64,000 nucleotides of DNA from Candidatus Obscuribacterales bacterium (GTDB lineage Bacteria; Cyanobacteriota; Vampirovibrionia; Obscuribacterales; Obscuribacteraceae): contig CBDDIJ010000003.1 in NCBI GenBank assembly GCA_965228855.1, positions 1,280,001 to 1,344,000 of the forward strand, in the 5' to 3' direction. The first letter of the stretch is position 1; each line of letters opens with the position of its first letter. This document shows positions 49,333-59,509 of this stretch, piece after piece. A model generated the notes under the pieces. It did not search any database and had not been told where the DNA came from. It saw only the letters and a program-made list of their open reading frames with translations. A program made the position numbers and the translations under genes.

Positions 49333-49538
49333 GTTGCCTCCGCTTTGCGACCGGGTGTCAAGAGAACCGCAGGGTGTCCCTGGCTTCGATGATTTGACGT
49401 TCGAAGCCGACAAATTATCGCAGCTCTGCTGCTGTTTCCTTTATTTCTCAATATTGCCCTTATAAATCCGGTTTGACAGATTCAAGAACGGTTTAAAGGC
49501 GATAAACTGTTGATTTGAGACTTGGCAGCGAGGTGTAT

Positions 49539-49973
49539 ATGGACGACGAGGAACTCTTGAAGGTCGGTTCCCTGCTCAACCAGCGTTGCATGGGTGGTGT
49601 TCCTGACTTGATGCAAGAGGAGCTTGATTACATGCTTCTCTGGGAGTTGAACTGCGAAATCGATCGGGGCACTTTCGATCAGTATCTGACGGTCGCAGCA
49701 GGCGATCGAGTTCTGGATGTTGCATCCGCACTGGAGCGCCTGGGCTCTACGCAAATGGTTGCGGTGTTGAATCAGGTTATCGGCTTGTTGCCAGGCGGAT
49801 GGTGCGAAGACCTGAACGAAAGGCGCATTCGGGTCGCTGCCGTCCCAAACGGCCCGGCCATGTTCAAAGCGCTGACTCAGGCATACTATGACGCCCTCGA
49901 AGCAGAGCAGACCGTGAGTGAGCGTATGATGGGGCGAATTCACGAAGCTTACATTAGACGCGGGCTAATTTAG
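49539..49973 (+). CDS. DMP19/DUF4375-like protein
   Basis: Acidic helical protein with EIDRGTFDQY (resembles EVxNGGFxQY). Confidence 0.6.
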   Translation: MDDEELLKVGSLLNQRCMGGVPDLMQEELDYMLLWELNCEIDRGTFDQYLTVAAGDRVLDVASALERLGSTQMVAVLNQVIGLLPGGWCEDLNERRIRVAAVPNGPAMFKALTQAYYDALEAEQTVSERMMGRIHEAYIRRGLI

Positions 49974-50065
49974 TTTTTAAACATAACTGCGTGGTTTTTG
50001 CCTCGGTTCAAAACTGCTTGAGCTGTTATACTCTGGGCTTGTCTTTTGGCGCGGAGTCAGCAGCT

Positions 50066-50452
50066 ATGAAACATTCCGAGGCATTCGTCAAACTCGTCGA
50101 CGAGGTCAGACCTCACATCACCGAGACCACTCCTGAAAAGGTTCTGCCGCGTTTGCAGGCCGGGGAGAAGTTCCATTTTGTCGATGTGCGGGAGGACAGC
50201 GAGTGGGAAGCGGGACATGCTCAGGGCGCTATCCACATAGGTCGTGGTGTGCTTGAACGCGACGTCGAAGGTATCATACTCGATAAGTCCGATGAAGTGA
50301 TTCTCTACTGCGGAGGAGGCTATCGATCGGCGCTGGCCGCATTCAATATGCAGAAGATGGGCTACACAAACGTGGTTTCAATGGACGGAGGCATTCGTCG
50401 CTGGCGCGAATTGGCTTATCCGGAGGAGAAACCTCAGCATGCGAAAGTATAG
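50066..50452 (+). CDS. Single-domain rhodanese/sulfurtransferase
   Basis: DVREDSEW..GH, YCGGGYRS, MDGG. Confidence 0.92.
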   Translation: MKHSEAFVKLVDEVRPHITETTPEKVLPRLQAGEKFHFVDVREDSEWEAGHAQGAIHIGRGVLERDVEGIILDKSDEVILYCGGGYRSALAAFNMQKMGYTNVVSMDGGIRRWRELAYPEEKPQHAKV

Positions 50453-50690
50453 CCCCGTCATCGCCTTTGGTATCAGTATCGCATGCGGTGCTGCCGCTCT
50501 GGCCGGAGAAGCGTCGGACGCATTCGTTCCGATTCAGGATTCGACCTCCCGAGATCCAGCCGGTATGCAGCTTATGTTCATATCGATTGGAATTCTCGTG
50601 ACTATGGTGGTTGCAATTTTTACAGTGACCACAATCTACATGGTTAAGGGGAGCAAAAAGAATCGCCGGCAAAACGAGAGCTCAGACTGA
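50439..50690 (+). CDS. Small membrane protein
   Basis: Signal-like segment plus one TM helix and a basic tail; overlaps the rhodanese stop. Confidence 0.55.
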   Translation: MRKYSPVIAFGISIACGAAALAGEASDAFVPIQDSTSRDPAGMQLMFISIGILVTMVVAIFTVTTIYMVKGSKKNRRQNESSD

Positions 50691-50837
50691 TTGACGGAGC
50701 CTCCGACTCTACGATTAATGGCAGTATCTGAAACCGTCAGCCTGCTATCGTTTTCGGTGCTTCTGGTAGTCAAGTATTGTGCTAATGCCAGGCACCACCG
50801 ATAATATCATCGGAGTGGCGAACGCTAGAAAGCAAAA

Positions 50838-51275
50838 TTGATGAACAGTAAAAAGAAGGTATCACCGAAAGCTGATCCCATCGCACTGAACGGTTTCGAA
50901 GCCCTTCTGGATAAGGCTCATGTTGAAGTCGCAGAGCCAATCCAGCCGCAGAAGCCGGATGGAGTTCAGCTCGAGAAAACGACGACGTACTACGAGACGA
51001 GAACGTTACTTGAGCTCCTCGGGCAAGTGCAGAAGGTGCACGAGCTTCTGAATGAAACCAATAAACGTTTAACCAGTGCCTATTCGCGCGTACAGCATAT
51101 GGAGAAAGTTGTGGAAGATCAAGAGAAGAAACTCGAAGTAATTCCCGCTCTCGAGAAGCAAGCACAGAGAGCGATTGAACTGCAAGACAAGCTCGATAAG
51201 GCTATCGCCGAACTAGAGAAGTTGCGCCAACCCTGGTGGCATCGTCTCTCCAATAATGGAGTCAACAAGATCTAG
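50838..51275 (+). CDS. Coiled-coil protein with C-terminal PWW motif
   Basis: Heptad-rich sequence; ends LRQPWWHRL. Confidence 0.7.
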   Translation: MMNSKKKVSPKADPIALNGFEALLDKAHVEVAEPIQPQKPDGVQLEKTTTYYETRTLLELLGQVQKVHELLNETNKRLTSAYSRVQHMEKVVEDQEKKLEVIPALEKQAQRAIELQDKLDKAIAELEKLRQPWWHRLSNNGVNKI

Positions 51276-51330
51276 TTCATGCGAAACTGATATTGCCAGA
51301 GGCGAGATGCATTATGTATCTCGCCTTTTA

Positions 51331-52743
51331 TTATGCTTTGGAGCAGCTGGTGGCGTTCTCTTCCACTACGACTTCATATCCGGCTGTCCGCCAGGCATTG
51401 GTACCGCCTACGGTGTTATAGAGATACGCGACCCCACCGCTCTTGAGGATGTGCGTTGATACGCTCGAGCGATATCCGCTGGCACAAATTATCGCTGTGG
51501 GACGATGTTTGTCGACCTTGTCCAGATTTCTTTTCAGTTCAGCCAGCGGGATATTGATCGCGCCTGGAACATGACCGGCTTCATACTCGCCTTTGCGTCG
51601 AACATCTATAACCTGAAGATCTTTCACTTCCGTCATTTTTTCTTTGAGCTGATCGATTGTGATCTGTGGCGTTTCTCCAGTGTCGTGACCGCTCTTGATC
51701 CAGGCATAAATTCCGCCTTCAAGATAACCTACGACCGACTCATGACCGGCTCGAGCCAAACGTGTGATTGCTTCGTCGATTTGTTCTTTTTCTTCGACGA
51801 CAAGAATCAAAGGTGTTCCTATCGGAATCAGTGCACCTGCCCAGGATGCGAACTGTCCTCCCAAGCCGATGTTTATCGAGCCTGGAACGTGCCCGCCACC
51901 ATAGAGAGTGTTAGTGCGCGTGTCGACTACCAGATGACCTTTATTCATAGCCTCGTGGACTTCCTGAGGATTCATTGGCTTCGGTTGAGAGAGCCTGTCT
52001 AAAGATTGCGCGCCTTCTCTGTTTTTTGCGACGGCGGTCGGAAAATAGGCGGGGACCTCGGGAAGATCGGTGCACATCATGGCGATGAAATCATCTTTGC
52101 TCATATCTTTGAGCGCGTAGTTAAACTGTCGCTGCTGTCCGATTGTAGAGAAGCGCTCTGTCGACATGTTCTTACCACACAAAGAACCCGCTCCGTGCGC
52201 TGGATAGACGATAACCTGGTCGTCCAGCTTCAGCAGCTTTTGTCGCAGGCTGTCGTAAAGTAAGCCTGCCATCTCTTCTGAGCTGAAGCCTTTTGCGCTC
52301 ACCAGGTCCGGGCGGCCGACATCACCAATGAATAATGTGTCGCCGGTAAGCACCATCGCGGGTTTGTCGGATTGCTCCTTGTCCGTAACCAGAATGCAAA
52401 TGCTCTCGGGAGTATGCCCGGGCGTTGCGAGGATGTCGAGTTTGACTTTCCCGAATTCGATAGAGTCGCCGTCATCCACGGCTCGATGAGCAAAGGACGC
52501 CTCCGCGCGTTTGCTGAAAACAATCTCTGCTCCTGTTTTTTCTGCCAACTCGCGGTGACCTCCCACAAAGTCGGCGTGCACATGGGTCTCGATGATGTAC
52601 TTGATTTGCAAACCTTCCTTCTCAGCTGTCTCTAGATACTGGTCTACATCGCGTTGCGGGTCTACAACGCATGCTTCGCCTTCTGAACCAATCATGTAAG
52701 AAGCGTGTGCCAGGCATGCAAGAAAAAATTGTTTGAAGAACAT
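51331..52743 (-). CDS. Persulfide dioxygenase-like MBL fold fused to two rhodanese domains
   Basis: THVHADF, TPGHTPE, TGDTLF..GRPDL, PAHGAGSLCG; second rhodanese has CASGYRS. Confidence 0.92.
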   Translation of the reverse strand: MFFKQFFLACLAHASYMIGSEGEACVVDPQRDVDQYLETAEKEGLQIKYIIETHVHADFVGGHRELAEKTGAEIVFSKRAEASFAHRAVDDGDSIEFGKVKLDILATPGHTPESICILVTDKEQSDKPAMVLTGDTLFIGDVGRPDLVSAKGFSSEEMAGLLYDSLRQKLLKLDDQVIVYPAHGAGSLCGKNMSTERFSTIGQQRQFNYALKDMSKDDFIAMMCTDLPEVPAYFPTAVAKNREGAQSLDRLSQPKPMNPQEVHEAMNKGHLVVDTRTNTLYGGGHVPGSINIGLGGQFASWAGALIPIGTPLILVVEEKEQIDEAITRLARAGHESVVGYLEGGIYAWIKSGHDTGETPQITIDQLKEKMTEVKDLQVIDVRRKGEYEAGHVPGAINIPLAELKRNLDKVDKHRPTAIICASGYRSSVSTHILKSGGVAYLYNTVGGTNAWRTAGYEVVVEENATSCSKA

Positions 52744-52905
52744 CGCTCAATCCCCAAGTAATTCAACCAATAGGCTAACCCGTCCGCGCGCAGAGCGCCT
52801 AAATCAACACAGTGATTTAATGATATCCGATACCTTGGCTTCTCTGGCAGTCGCTCTTTGGAGTCTGTATGATTGTCGATTCGATCGGTATGTCTCGGAG
52901 AAGTC

Positions 52906-55755
52906 ATGTTAAATCCTGTTGTTTTGCGTTATTCCAGGTTTTGGTCTACATTGCTGGCATCTACATTGCTGATTCAGTTTCCGGTCACCGCCAGGGAGAA
53001 TTCAGACCCGGCTAAGGCTGGCAAGAGTGCCATCAGGTCGCAAACCAAACCTCGAAAGACGAAAGATGTAGGGTCCATCAAACACGCTGTGCGCCTACCC
53101 AGAACAGTTCTTCCCGACACTTACCGAATCTTCATCGAGCCCGATCTCGAGAATGGGCAATTCACGGGCGAGGAGACCATCTTCATCAACGTGAACTCGG
53201 CCACCAAAGATGTCGTATTGAACGCAGTGGGTTTAGAAATTGGTGAAGTCGAGATTGCTCAAAACGGCGAGGATGGGCACGGTAAGTGGATTGCGCCGGA
53301 GCAGACAATCGAGAACCCGGAAAAACAGCAGATAACCTTTCGTTTTCAGCAAACGCTTAAACCCGGTAAGCATGAGTTACGCATCAAGTTTGGCGGGAAA
53401 CTGAACGAAAAGTTGGAAGGTTTCTACCTGTCAGGTTATACCGATAGCAGCGGTGAGAAGCGCAAAATAGCCTGCACTCAGATGGAGCCGACCGATGCTC
53501 GAAAGGTTTTTCCATGTTTTGATGAGCCGGACATGAAGGCGACCTTCAAAGTAACTCTTGCTGTTGACGAGAGTATGACGGCGATTTCAAATGCTGCGGT
53601 CCAATTCGACAAAACTGAAGGGCGAAGCGGAAAACGCCAAATCACTTTTGCTGAAACTCCGAAGATGTCTACTTATCTAGTGTGTTTCGTCGTCGGCGCA
53701 TTTGAAGCGACGGAAGCCGTGCGAGTCAACAACGTCGACATCCGTGTGTGGGCGACGCCGGGGCGGAAGGCGCAGTGCGCGTTTGCCAGCGATGCCGCTC
53801 AAAAGATGTTGCCGTATTTCGAGAAGTATTTCGGTGTTAAGTATCCACTGGCAAAGCTGGATTTGATTGCCGTACCTGATTTTTCCGCTGGTGCAATGGA
53901 AAATCTCGGTGCCGTTACCTTCCGTGAAACGCGCCTGCTTGTAGACGAGAAAACCGCTTCAACTGTCGCAAAGCAGGACGTGGCTTCAGTAATCGCACAT
54001 GAAATGGCCCATATGTGGTTTGGCGACGTAGTAACAATGAAATGGTGGGATGACCTCTGGCTCAACGAGGCATTTGCCACTTGGATGTCCGTCAAGGCAC
54101 TGGAGTCGTACAAGCCGGAATGGAATCCCTGGGATTTGTTCGTGAAGGATAGAGCGCCGGCACTGGCATCCGACTCTCTGAGTTCGACAAAACCAATCTA
54201 CAACGAAGTATTAAATCCGAGTGAAGCCGAAGAGATGTTCGACGAAATTACCTATGAGAAGGGCGCTTCCGTACTCCGGATGCTGGAGCGATTTCTAGGC
54301 GAAGAGACTTACATGAAAGGCATTCAAAAATACATTGCGGACCATCAGTTCGGTAACGCCGAGACCAGGGAGCTTTGGGATGCTCTAGAAAACGTCTCGG
54401 GTAAACCTGTGGCGTCGATAATGCAAAATTGGGTTTATTCTCCGGGCTATCCCGTCGTGAAAGTGGGAGAACGCTCGTCTTCTAAGAAAGGCACGGGAAC
54501 CGGGGTAACGCTCGGCCTGACCCAGGAATATTTCACAATTTCGCCGGTGGATGATTCCGGAAGCAAGGCTCAAAAAGCGGCGACCGAAAAAGAGAAGAAA
54601 CTGAAACTGTGGCAAGTGCCTGTTACCAGCCGGATTTTGAGTGACTCGATAAACCCGCCTGCGGACTCTTCCGGATTTTTGAAGCTTCTTCTGACGGAGC
54701 GAAAATCTGATTTACTGAATGTACCAGCTCAAGATCCAATCGTTGTAAACGCCCTTGCCGACGGCTATTATCGGGTTCAATATCCGAGAGAAATGAGCGA
54801 GTCTATTGGCAAAGTAGCTCAACAGGCTATGACTCCTGCTGAGCGCTATCAGTTTTTAAACGACTCGTGGGCTTTCGTAGAAGCCGGGACAATGCCGGTT
54901 TCGCAATACCTTGCTCTGACTGCTTATTTTCGCGATGAAACTGATCCAAACGTCATTGAGCTCCTGGTCTCACAAATTGCCACTCTCGACTGGTTTGTGA
55001 AAGACGCGTCTCGTGCTGAATTCGCTGCGTTCGTCAGGGACCGTTTTGGACCAATGGCTCGCAAACTGGGTTGGGAGCCCAAAGATGATGAAACAGAGTT
55101 GACGCAAGTATTGCGTTCTCACGTTCTAACAGCGATTGGTACCTATGGACAGGACCGCGGCACCATCGCAGAGGCAAGAAAGTTCTGGGATATCTATCAG
55201 GAGCAGCCGGAGGAGATCAACCCCAATCTGTACGAAGCGATCGTTGCCATAATGGCTTATAACGGAGATAAAGGCGTTTATGATGAGATGGAACATCTGT
55301 TCAAAAGCGCTACGACACCCGAGGCAAAGCTCCGAAATTTATACGGTTTGGCATACTTCCGTGATCCCGAGCTTCAGAAACGAACGCTGGAGCTTTCCTT
55401 AACGGATGAAGTAAAAACGCAGGATGCACCACATGTGATCCTACACGTTTTGAAGACGACGGCTGGCCGAGAGCTGGGATGGAGCTTCGTTAAACAGAAT
55501 TGGAAAGAAATGGAGACCCGTTATCCGGTTCATCTGTTCCCGCGCATTGTAGGCGGCGCTGCATCATTCGTTTCCAAATCACAATCCGATGACCTTGAGC
55601 AATTTCTCGCCAGTCATCCGATTAAATCCGGAAATCGAGTGGCTGGTAAAGTCATTGAGAGGGTGCGTTCTAATGTCAAAATCAACGAACGTAGTGGTGA
55701 TTCTCTAGACACCTGGCTGAAGGACTTTCGCTCCAGGGAGAGCGCGAGCCGATAG
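52906..55755 (+). CDS. M1 family aminopeptidase (ERAP1/PSA-like), probably exported
   Basis: GAMEN, HEMAH-x18-E, YEKG; signal-like N-terminus. Confidence 0.95.
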   Translation: MLNPVVLRYSRFWSTLLASTLLIQFPVTARENSDPAKAGKSAIRSQTKPRKTKDVGSIKHAVRLPRTVLPDTYRIFIEPDLENGQFTGEETIFINVNSATKDVVLNAVGLEIGEVEIAQNGEDGHGKWIAPEQTIENPEKQQITFRFQQTLKPGKHELRIKFGGKLNEKLEGFYLSGYTDSSGEKRKIACTQMEPTDARKVFPCFDEPDMKATFKVTLAVDESMTAISNAAVQFDKTEGRSGKRQITFAETPKMSTYLVCFVVGAFEATEAVRVNNVDIRVWATPGRKAQCAFASDAAQKMLPYFEKYFGVKYPLAKLDLIAVPDFSAGAMENLGAVTFRETRLLVDEKTASTVAKQDVASVIAHEMAHMWFGDVVTMKWWDDLWLNEAFATWMSVKALESYKPEWNPWDLFVKDRAPALASDSLSSTKPIYNEVLNPSEAEEMFDEITYEKGASVLRMLERFLGEETYMKGIQKYIADHQFGNAETRELWDALENVSGKPVASIMQNWVYSPGYPVVKVGERSSSKKGTGTGVTLGLTQEYFTISPVDDSGSKAQKAATEKEKKLKLWQVPVTSRILSDSINPPADSSGFLKLLLTERKSDLLNVPAQDPIVVNALADGYYRVQYPREMSESIGKVAQQAMTPAERYQFLNDSWAFVEAGTMPVSQYLALTAYFRDETDPNVIELLVSQIATLDWFVKDASRAEFAAFVRDRFGPMARKLGWEPKDDETELTQVLRSHVLTAIGTYGQDRGTIAEARKFWDIYQEQPEEINPNLYEAIVAIMAYNGDKGVYDEMEHLFKSATTPEAKLRNLYGLAYFRDPELQKRTLELSLTDEVKTQDAPHVILHVLKTTAGRELGWSFVKQNWKEMETRYPVHLFPRIVGGAASFVSKSQSDDLEQFLASHPIKSGNRVAGKVIERVRSNVKINERSGDSLDTWLKDFRSRESASR

Positions 55756-55861
55756 CAACTACATCACATAATTTGCAGTTTTTTGATTTTTAGGTAAAGT
55801 AGGAAAGGAGCCTGATGCCGGGAAAGACTCCTTACCGCAGACCTAAGAGTTCTCATTAAAA

Positions 55862-56893
55862 ATGGTAAGCAGCGCAAATCGGGAGGCAACTCCCCCTGTC
55901 CGGGCACTCGTCCTTTCGGGCGGTGGCGGTCGCGGCGCTTATGAAGCCGGCGTGGCTAAAGCATGTTTCGAACGAGACTTTCATTTTGATTGGATTGTCG
56001 GCACCAGTATTGGAGCGCTGAACGCCGCACTCGTGGGGCAAAATGACCTGGTAATACTGGAAGAAATGTGGCAGCGAATTAAATCGTCGGATGTTTATAG
56101 ACTGCCGTCCCCTGCCCATCTGCGTCGAGTATTTTTCGGACAACAGCTCGGGTTGTTAAACACGGCTCCGTTGGAAAGCCTCTTGAGGAGCTGCGTCAGC
56201 TTAGAAAGGCTCAAGGCCGGCAGATCGAAAGTCGGCTTCGTAACCACTGATCTTTGCGGTTTGGGAACCAGAGTCTTTACCGGAGATGAAATAGAGACTC
56301 AGGATGATCTTATCGATATTTTGATGGCATCATCTGCGATACCGCTTCTATTTCCTCCCAGATCGCTCAATGGTGAGGGGTGTTGGATGGATGGAGGGCT
56401 GGTCAGGAATACTCCGATTCAGGCGGCTATAAACCTTGGTGCAACTGAGATTTATGCGGTGCTAGTCGAGCCTAATTCAGCTGAAGCTTGCCCGTCCTCG
56501 TTAACGCAGTTGATTTCGCGTGTGCTGGAAATCGTTTTCGATCACTCCGCCCGCAGTGGCATTGCCCACGTCACTCAGCACAATCGAATCCTTGATGCCG
56601 GTCGTTTGCGCGGCGGAAACGGCAATTGGTGCTTACTGGAAGAAAAAGAAGTTGCTTCCGCCAGTGGAGACGGTACCGGCAATGGAAATGGCAAACGTCC
56701 CCAGGGATGCGCGTTCGAATTCGTCGACCTGTCAAAACAGGCAGGCACCGGAAAGCGAGTTAGTTTGTACATAGTAAAGCCGGAGCGCCAGATCCTGGGC
56801 TCTTTACTGGAGATTGATCCGCATGTTTCAAACTGGCTGCTCAAGCTTGGGTATGAAGACGTAATTCGCAAGTGCGAGCCTGCTGTTGTTTAA
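55862..56893 (+). CDS. Patatin-like phospholipase
   Basis: GGGGRG, GTSIG, DGG motifs. Confidence 0.92.
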   Translation: MVSSANREATPPVRALVLSGGGGRGAYEAGVAKACFERDFHFDWIVGTSIGALNAALVGQNDLVILEEMWQRIKSSDVYRLPSPAHLRRVFFGQQLGLLNTAPLESLLRSCVSLERLKAGRSKVGFVTTDLCGLGTRVFTGDEIETQDDLIDILMASSAIPLLFPPRSLNGEGCWMDGGLVRNTPIQAAINLGATEIYAVLVEPNSAEACPSSLTQLISRVLEIVFDHSARSGIAHVTQHNRILDAGRLRGGNGNWCLLEEKEVASASGDGTGNGNGKRPQGCAFEFVDLSKQAGTGKRVSLYIVKPERQILGSLLEIDPHVSNWLLKLGYEDVIRKCEPAVV

Positions 56894-56934
56894 GCACGCA
56901 GTTGTTTCCCAGCCTGTTGTTTAAAAACGTCGTT

Positions 56935-58065
56935 TTACATTGATTCGATGGCGCGCTGCCTGTCTCGTTTAGCCTTGTCCGGCTGCCCCAGTTTTTCATA
57001 AACCAGAGCACGTTGCCTGTATGTATCGGGAGATGGGAACGCTGAGTTTTCCAGGGCGTTTGTGTAATCCGCAAGTGCCTGAGGGTACTGTTTTGTCGCT
57101 AAATAGCAATCTCCCCGAAAGCGATATGCATCGCTGTTGTCGGTTTCACGCTTTAGTAGTTTCGAGTATAGTGCGATCGCTTCGTCGTACTTCTTGATTT
57201 TGCGAAGCAGGTTTCCGTATCGGTAAACATAACCTACTGCATTTTTCGTCGATTCAAGAGCACGTTCAAAATATTTGCATGCGCGCTCGCCCTCGTTAAG
57301 ATTCTCGAGGCAACTCGCTGCCGACGCATAGGAGCTTGCATCTCCCGGATTATTCTTGATAGCTCTTACGTAGTCTTCGTAAGCATGTTTATAGTCTCCG
57401 GCATAAAAGTAAAGGTTGGCTCGATACTGATAAGCACATGCTGCGCCTGGAAACCGTTTAATGTAATTGTTGTACACCTTCAGTGCTTCTGCGCTCTTGC
57501 CCTTCTTCTCGAGCGCTACAGCGTGCCAGAGATCGTTGTTTTGAAGTACGGTTTTATCGTGATCGCGAGGCAGCCGAGCTTGACTGTACAATTTGCGCAG
57601 AGTAAGGACGATTTTGTCGTCTGTCGGGTCTAGACCGTAAGCATATTCGTAGGCCGCGGCTGCCCTTCGATAATCCTGTCTCGATTTAAAAATATCGCCT
57701 CTGGCATTCGCGGCTGGTTTAAATGCTTGGTTCAGTTGAAGCGCTTTCTGGTAGTCGGCTTCTGCTTTTGCGTACTCTCGTTTTCTGCTGTGCAGTCGAC
57801 CACGAAGTTGATAGACATTGGGATTATTCGGATATCGCTTGAGCAGGGTCTCTATTTCCGCTTCAGCTTTTGAAATCTCTTTGTGATCGAGCAATTTGTC
57901 GCATGTATAGATATCCTGGATTTCCGGATCTGTCAGCACGTCGCCGCGCGCGGACGAAGCGCAAATCAGGTTGCAAGCAATGGACAGTAAGATTGTCTGT
58001 CTTCGTGGGTAAACGTGCATTTTCGTCGACGGAAAGTTTTTCCATCCTAGCACGCGTGTGACCAT
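56935..58065 (-). CDS. TPR protein, probably exported
   Basis: Multiple TPRs; 14 bp downstream of the SelN-like gene on the same strand. Confidence 0.85.
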   Translation of the reverse strand: MVTRVLGWKNFPSTKMHVYPRRQTILLSIACNLICASSARGDVLTDPEIQDIYTCDKLLDHKEISKAEAEIETLLKRYPNNPNVYQLRGRLHSRKREYAKAEADYQKALQLNQAFKPAANARGDIFKSRQDYRRAAAAYEYAYGLDPTDDKIVLTLRKLYSQARLPRDHDKTVLQNNDLWHAVALEKKGKSAEALKVYNNYIKRFPGAACAYQYRANLYFYAGDYKHAYEDYVRAIKNNPGDASSYASAASCLENLNEGERACKYFERALESTKNAVGYVYRYGNLLRKIKKYDEAIALYSKLLKRETDNSDAYRFRGDCYLATKQYPQALADYTNALENSAFPSPDTYRQRALVYEKLGQPDKAKRDRQRAIESM

Positions 58066-58079
58066 GACTCGAATGCAAC

Positions 58080-59270
58080 TTAGCCGCCAAAATCCTCGTT
58101 CGCAAACGGGTATGTCTGGGTCAGGATTCGATCGAATCCCAGGTAAGGGTCGTCGAGGTCTGCATGTAGAACTTCGCGATATAGCCAGCCTTTCATATCG
58201 TCCGGTTTGAGCGTCCTGTTTGTCTTGACGAGCGAGTCACGAAGATAGGCGTGAATCAGCGGTCTTCTTTCGGACTCGTTCAAGTCTGAATCAGACTGTA
58301 GCGCCGCGTTTAAAGCCGACCTGGTTGTAGCAGTCGTTTCAAGCGGCACCGCAGGTGGTGAAGACGTACTTGCAAGTACTTTCACCGCAGGGACCAGAGG
58401 AGGCGCCGAAAGGCTGTGATAAGCGATTAGCTTACGGTTCATCTGCTCTGGGTTGGACGTCAAGTCAGCAAATTGGTTCTTGATCAACGAAAGCGCCGAC
58501 AAGTATCGAGATTGACTGTAGATTCCGGGAATTACATCGATCACGCTTCCGTCACTTGTACATATGTACGTGGCAATATTTCCATTCACTGTTCTGGTTA
58601 TTGTTTTTCCCGTTCCAAAATCTATTGTGATTTTCGGAACAGGTCGGACCGAGACCCAGGTCGGTTCAAAGTTCTGGTTTATGTAGTTGGAAACTTCCGG
58701 CGACGAGAACAACACGGTTCTCGCAAGTCTTGCGTTCGTTCAGCAGAAACGATCGTCCAGTGCTCCCATCATGTGAAATACAAGTACCGGTTTGCCTGAT
58801 TTCGACGCACTGTTCATTGCCGCTGTTAAGTCTTTATGCCATGAGACCAGTCCGGGTTTGACCTTGACCATAGCCACTGCCGGCGGTGCTGAAATCGGGA
58901 TGCCGCTATCAAGTTTCTGCAACTCGCCTCTGGTCTCCAGACTTTTAAAAAGATCCGGCGCTGTACTTGTTTTCAGCATCGACTTTAACGGCGCCTCGAT
59001 TCGAATTTTGCTGAAGTCGGGCCTTCGCGGAGCGGCTGGTACATACTCCGATCTGATCATCCGCTTCAGCGGAATTTCGATTGCCGCCTTACTCATGTCC
59101 ATCCGGCGCGTCGTCTTCAGCGTTTGATTTGACAGATTTTGAGCCGATGCTGCAGACATTACGCAAAGTCCCGCAATGAGGGACGCTGCAACAGTCAGGC
59201 AGACACTGGTTGAGGTGCGCCGTGATATCGACGGCTGTTTTGCACGCGACCAATTATCGTTGAGATTCAC
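58080..59270 (-). CDS. Putative selenoprotein-N-like thioredoxin-fold protein with in-frame UGA (codon 177)
   Basis: TGA at 58742-58740 is followed by an open frame (TNARLARTV) continuous with the 58080-58715 ORF; GALDDRFC-U motif; 396 aa in total. Confidence 0.75.
58703..58724 (-). promoter_or_regulatory. Candidate bacterial SECIS hairpin
   Basis: GCGAGAAC-CGUGUU-GUUCUCGU begins 16 nt after the UGA; G is the second loop base. Confidence 0.55.
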
Positions 59271-59509
59271 GGTTTAATCCTCTGTCTGCGCCGGAAACGG
59301 ATGACTATGGATGTGCAAATTCAATTCGAGCCATCTGGACCTATTCTGATCAAGTAACGCCGTTTTTGATCTGGTGTAAACCCTGAAGTTCTGCAGGAAG
59401 TTTCCCGGAACTTTTGTGACAGAGCGTAATAATCCCCTTTGCAACTCGCCTTAATGGAAGTATCTTTGATGCTGTAAAAGAGGGGTATCCATGCAACAGG
59501 TCAACGATT

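Noticed and set aside
48640..49392. 250-aa ORF on the + strand and similar long antisense ORFs elsewhere
   Set aside because: These are shadow frames opposite well-supported genes.
47445..50000. Genomic island integrated at tRNA-Leu
   Set aside because: No integrase, no duplicated tRNA 3' end noticed, and no obvious compositional shift.
55862..58065. Patatin + TPR as a CBASS/Avs-type defence system
   Set aside because: The genes are convergent, and no cyclase or STAND NTPase is present.
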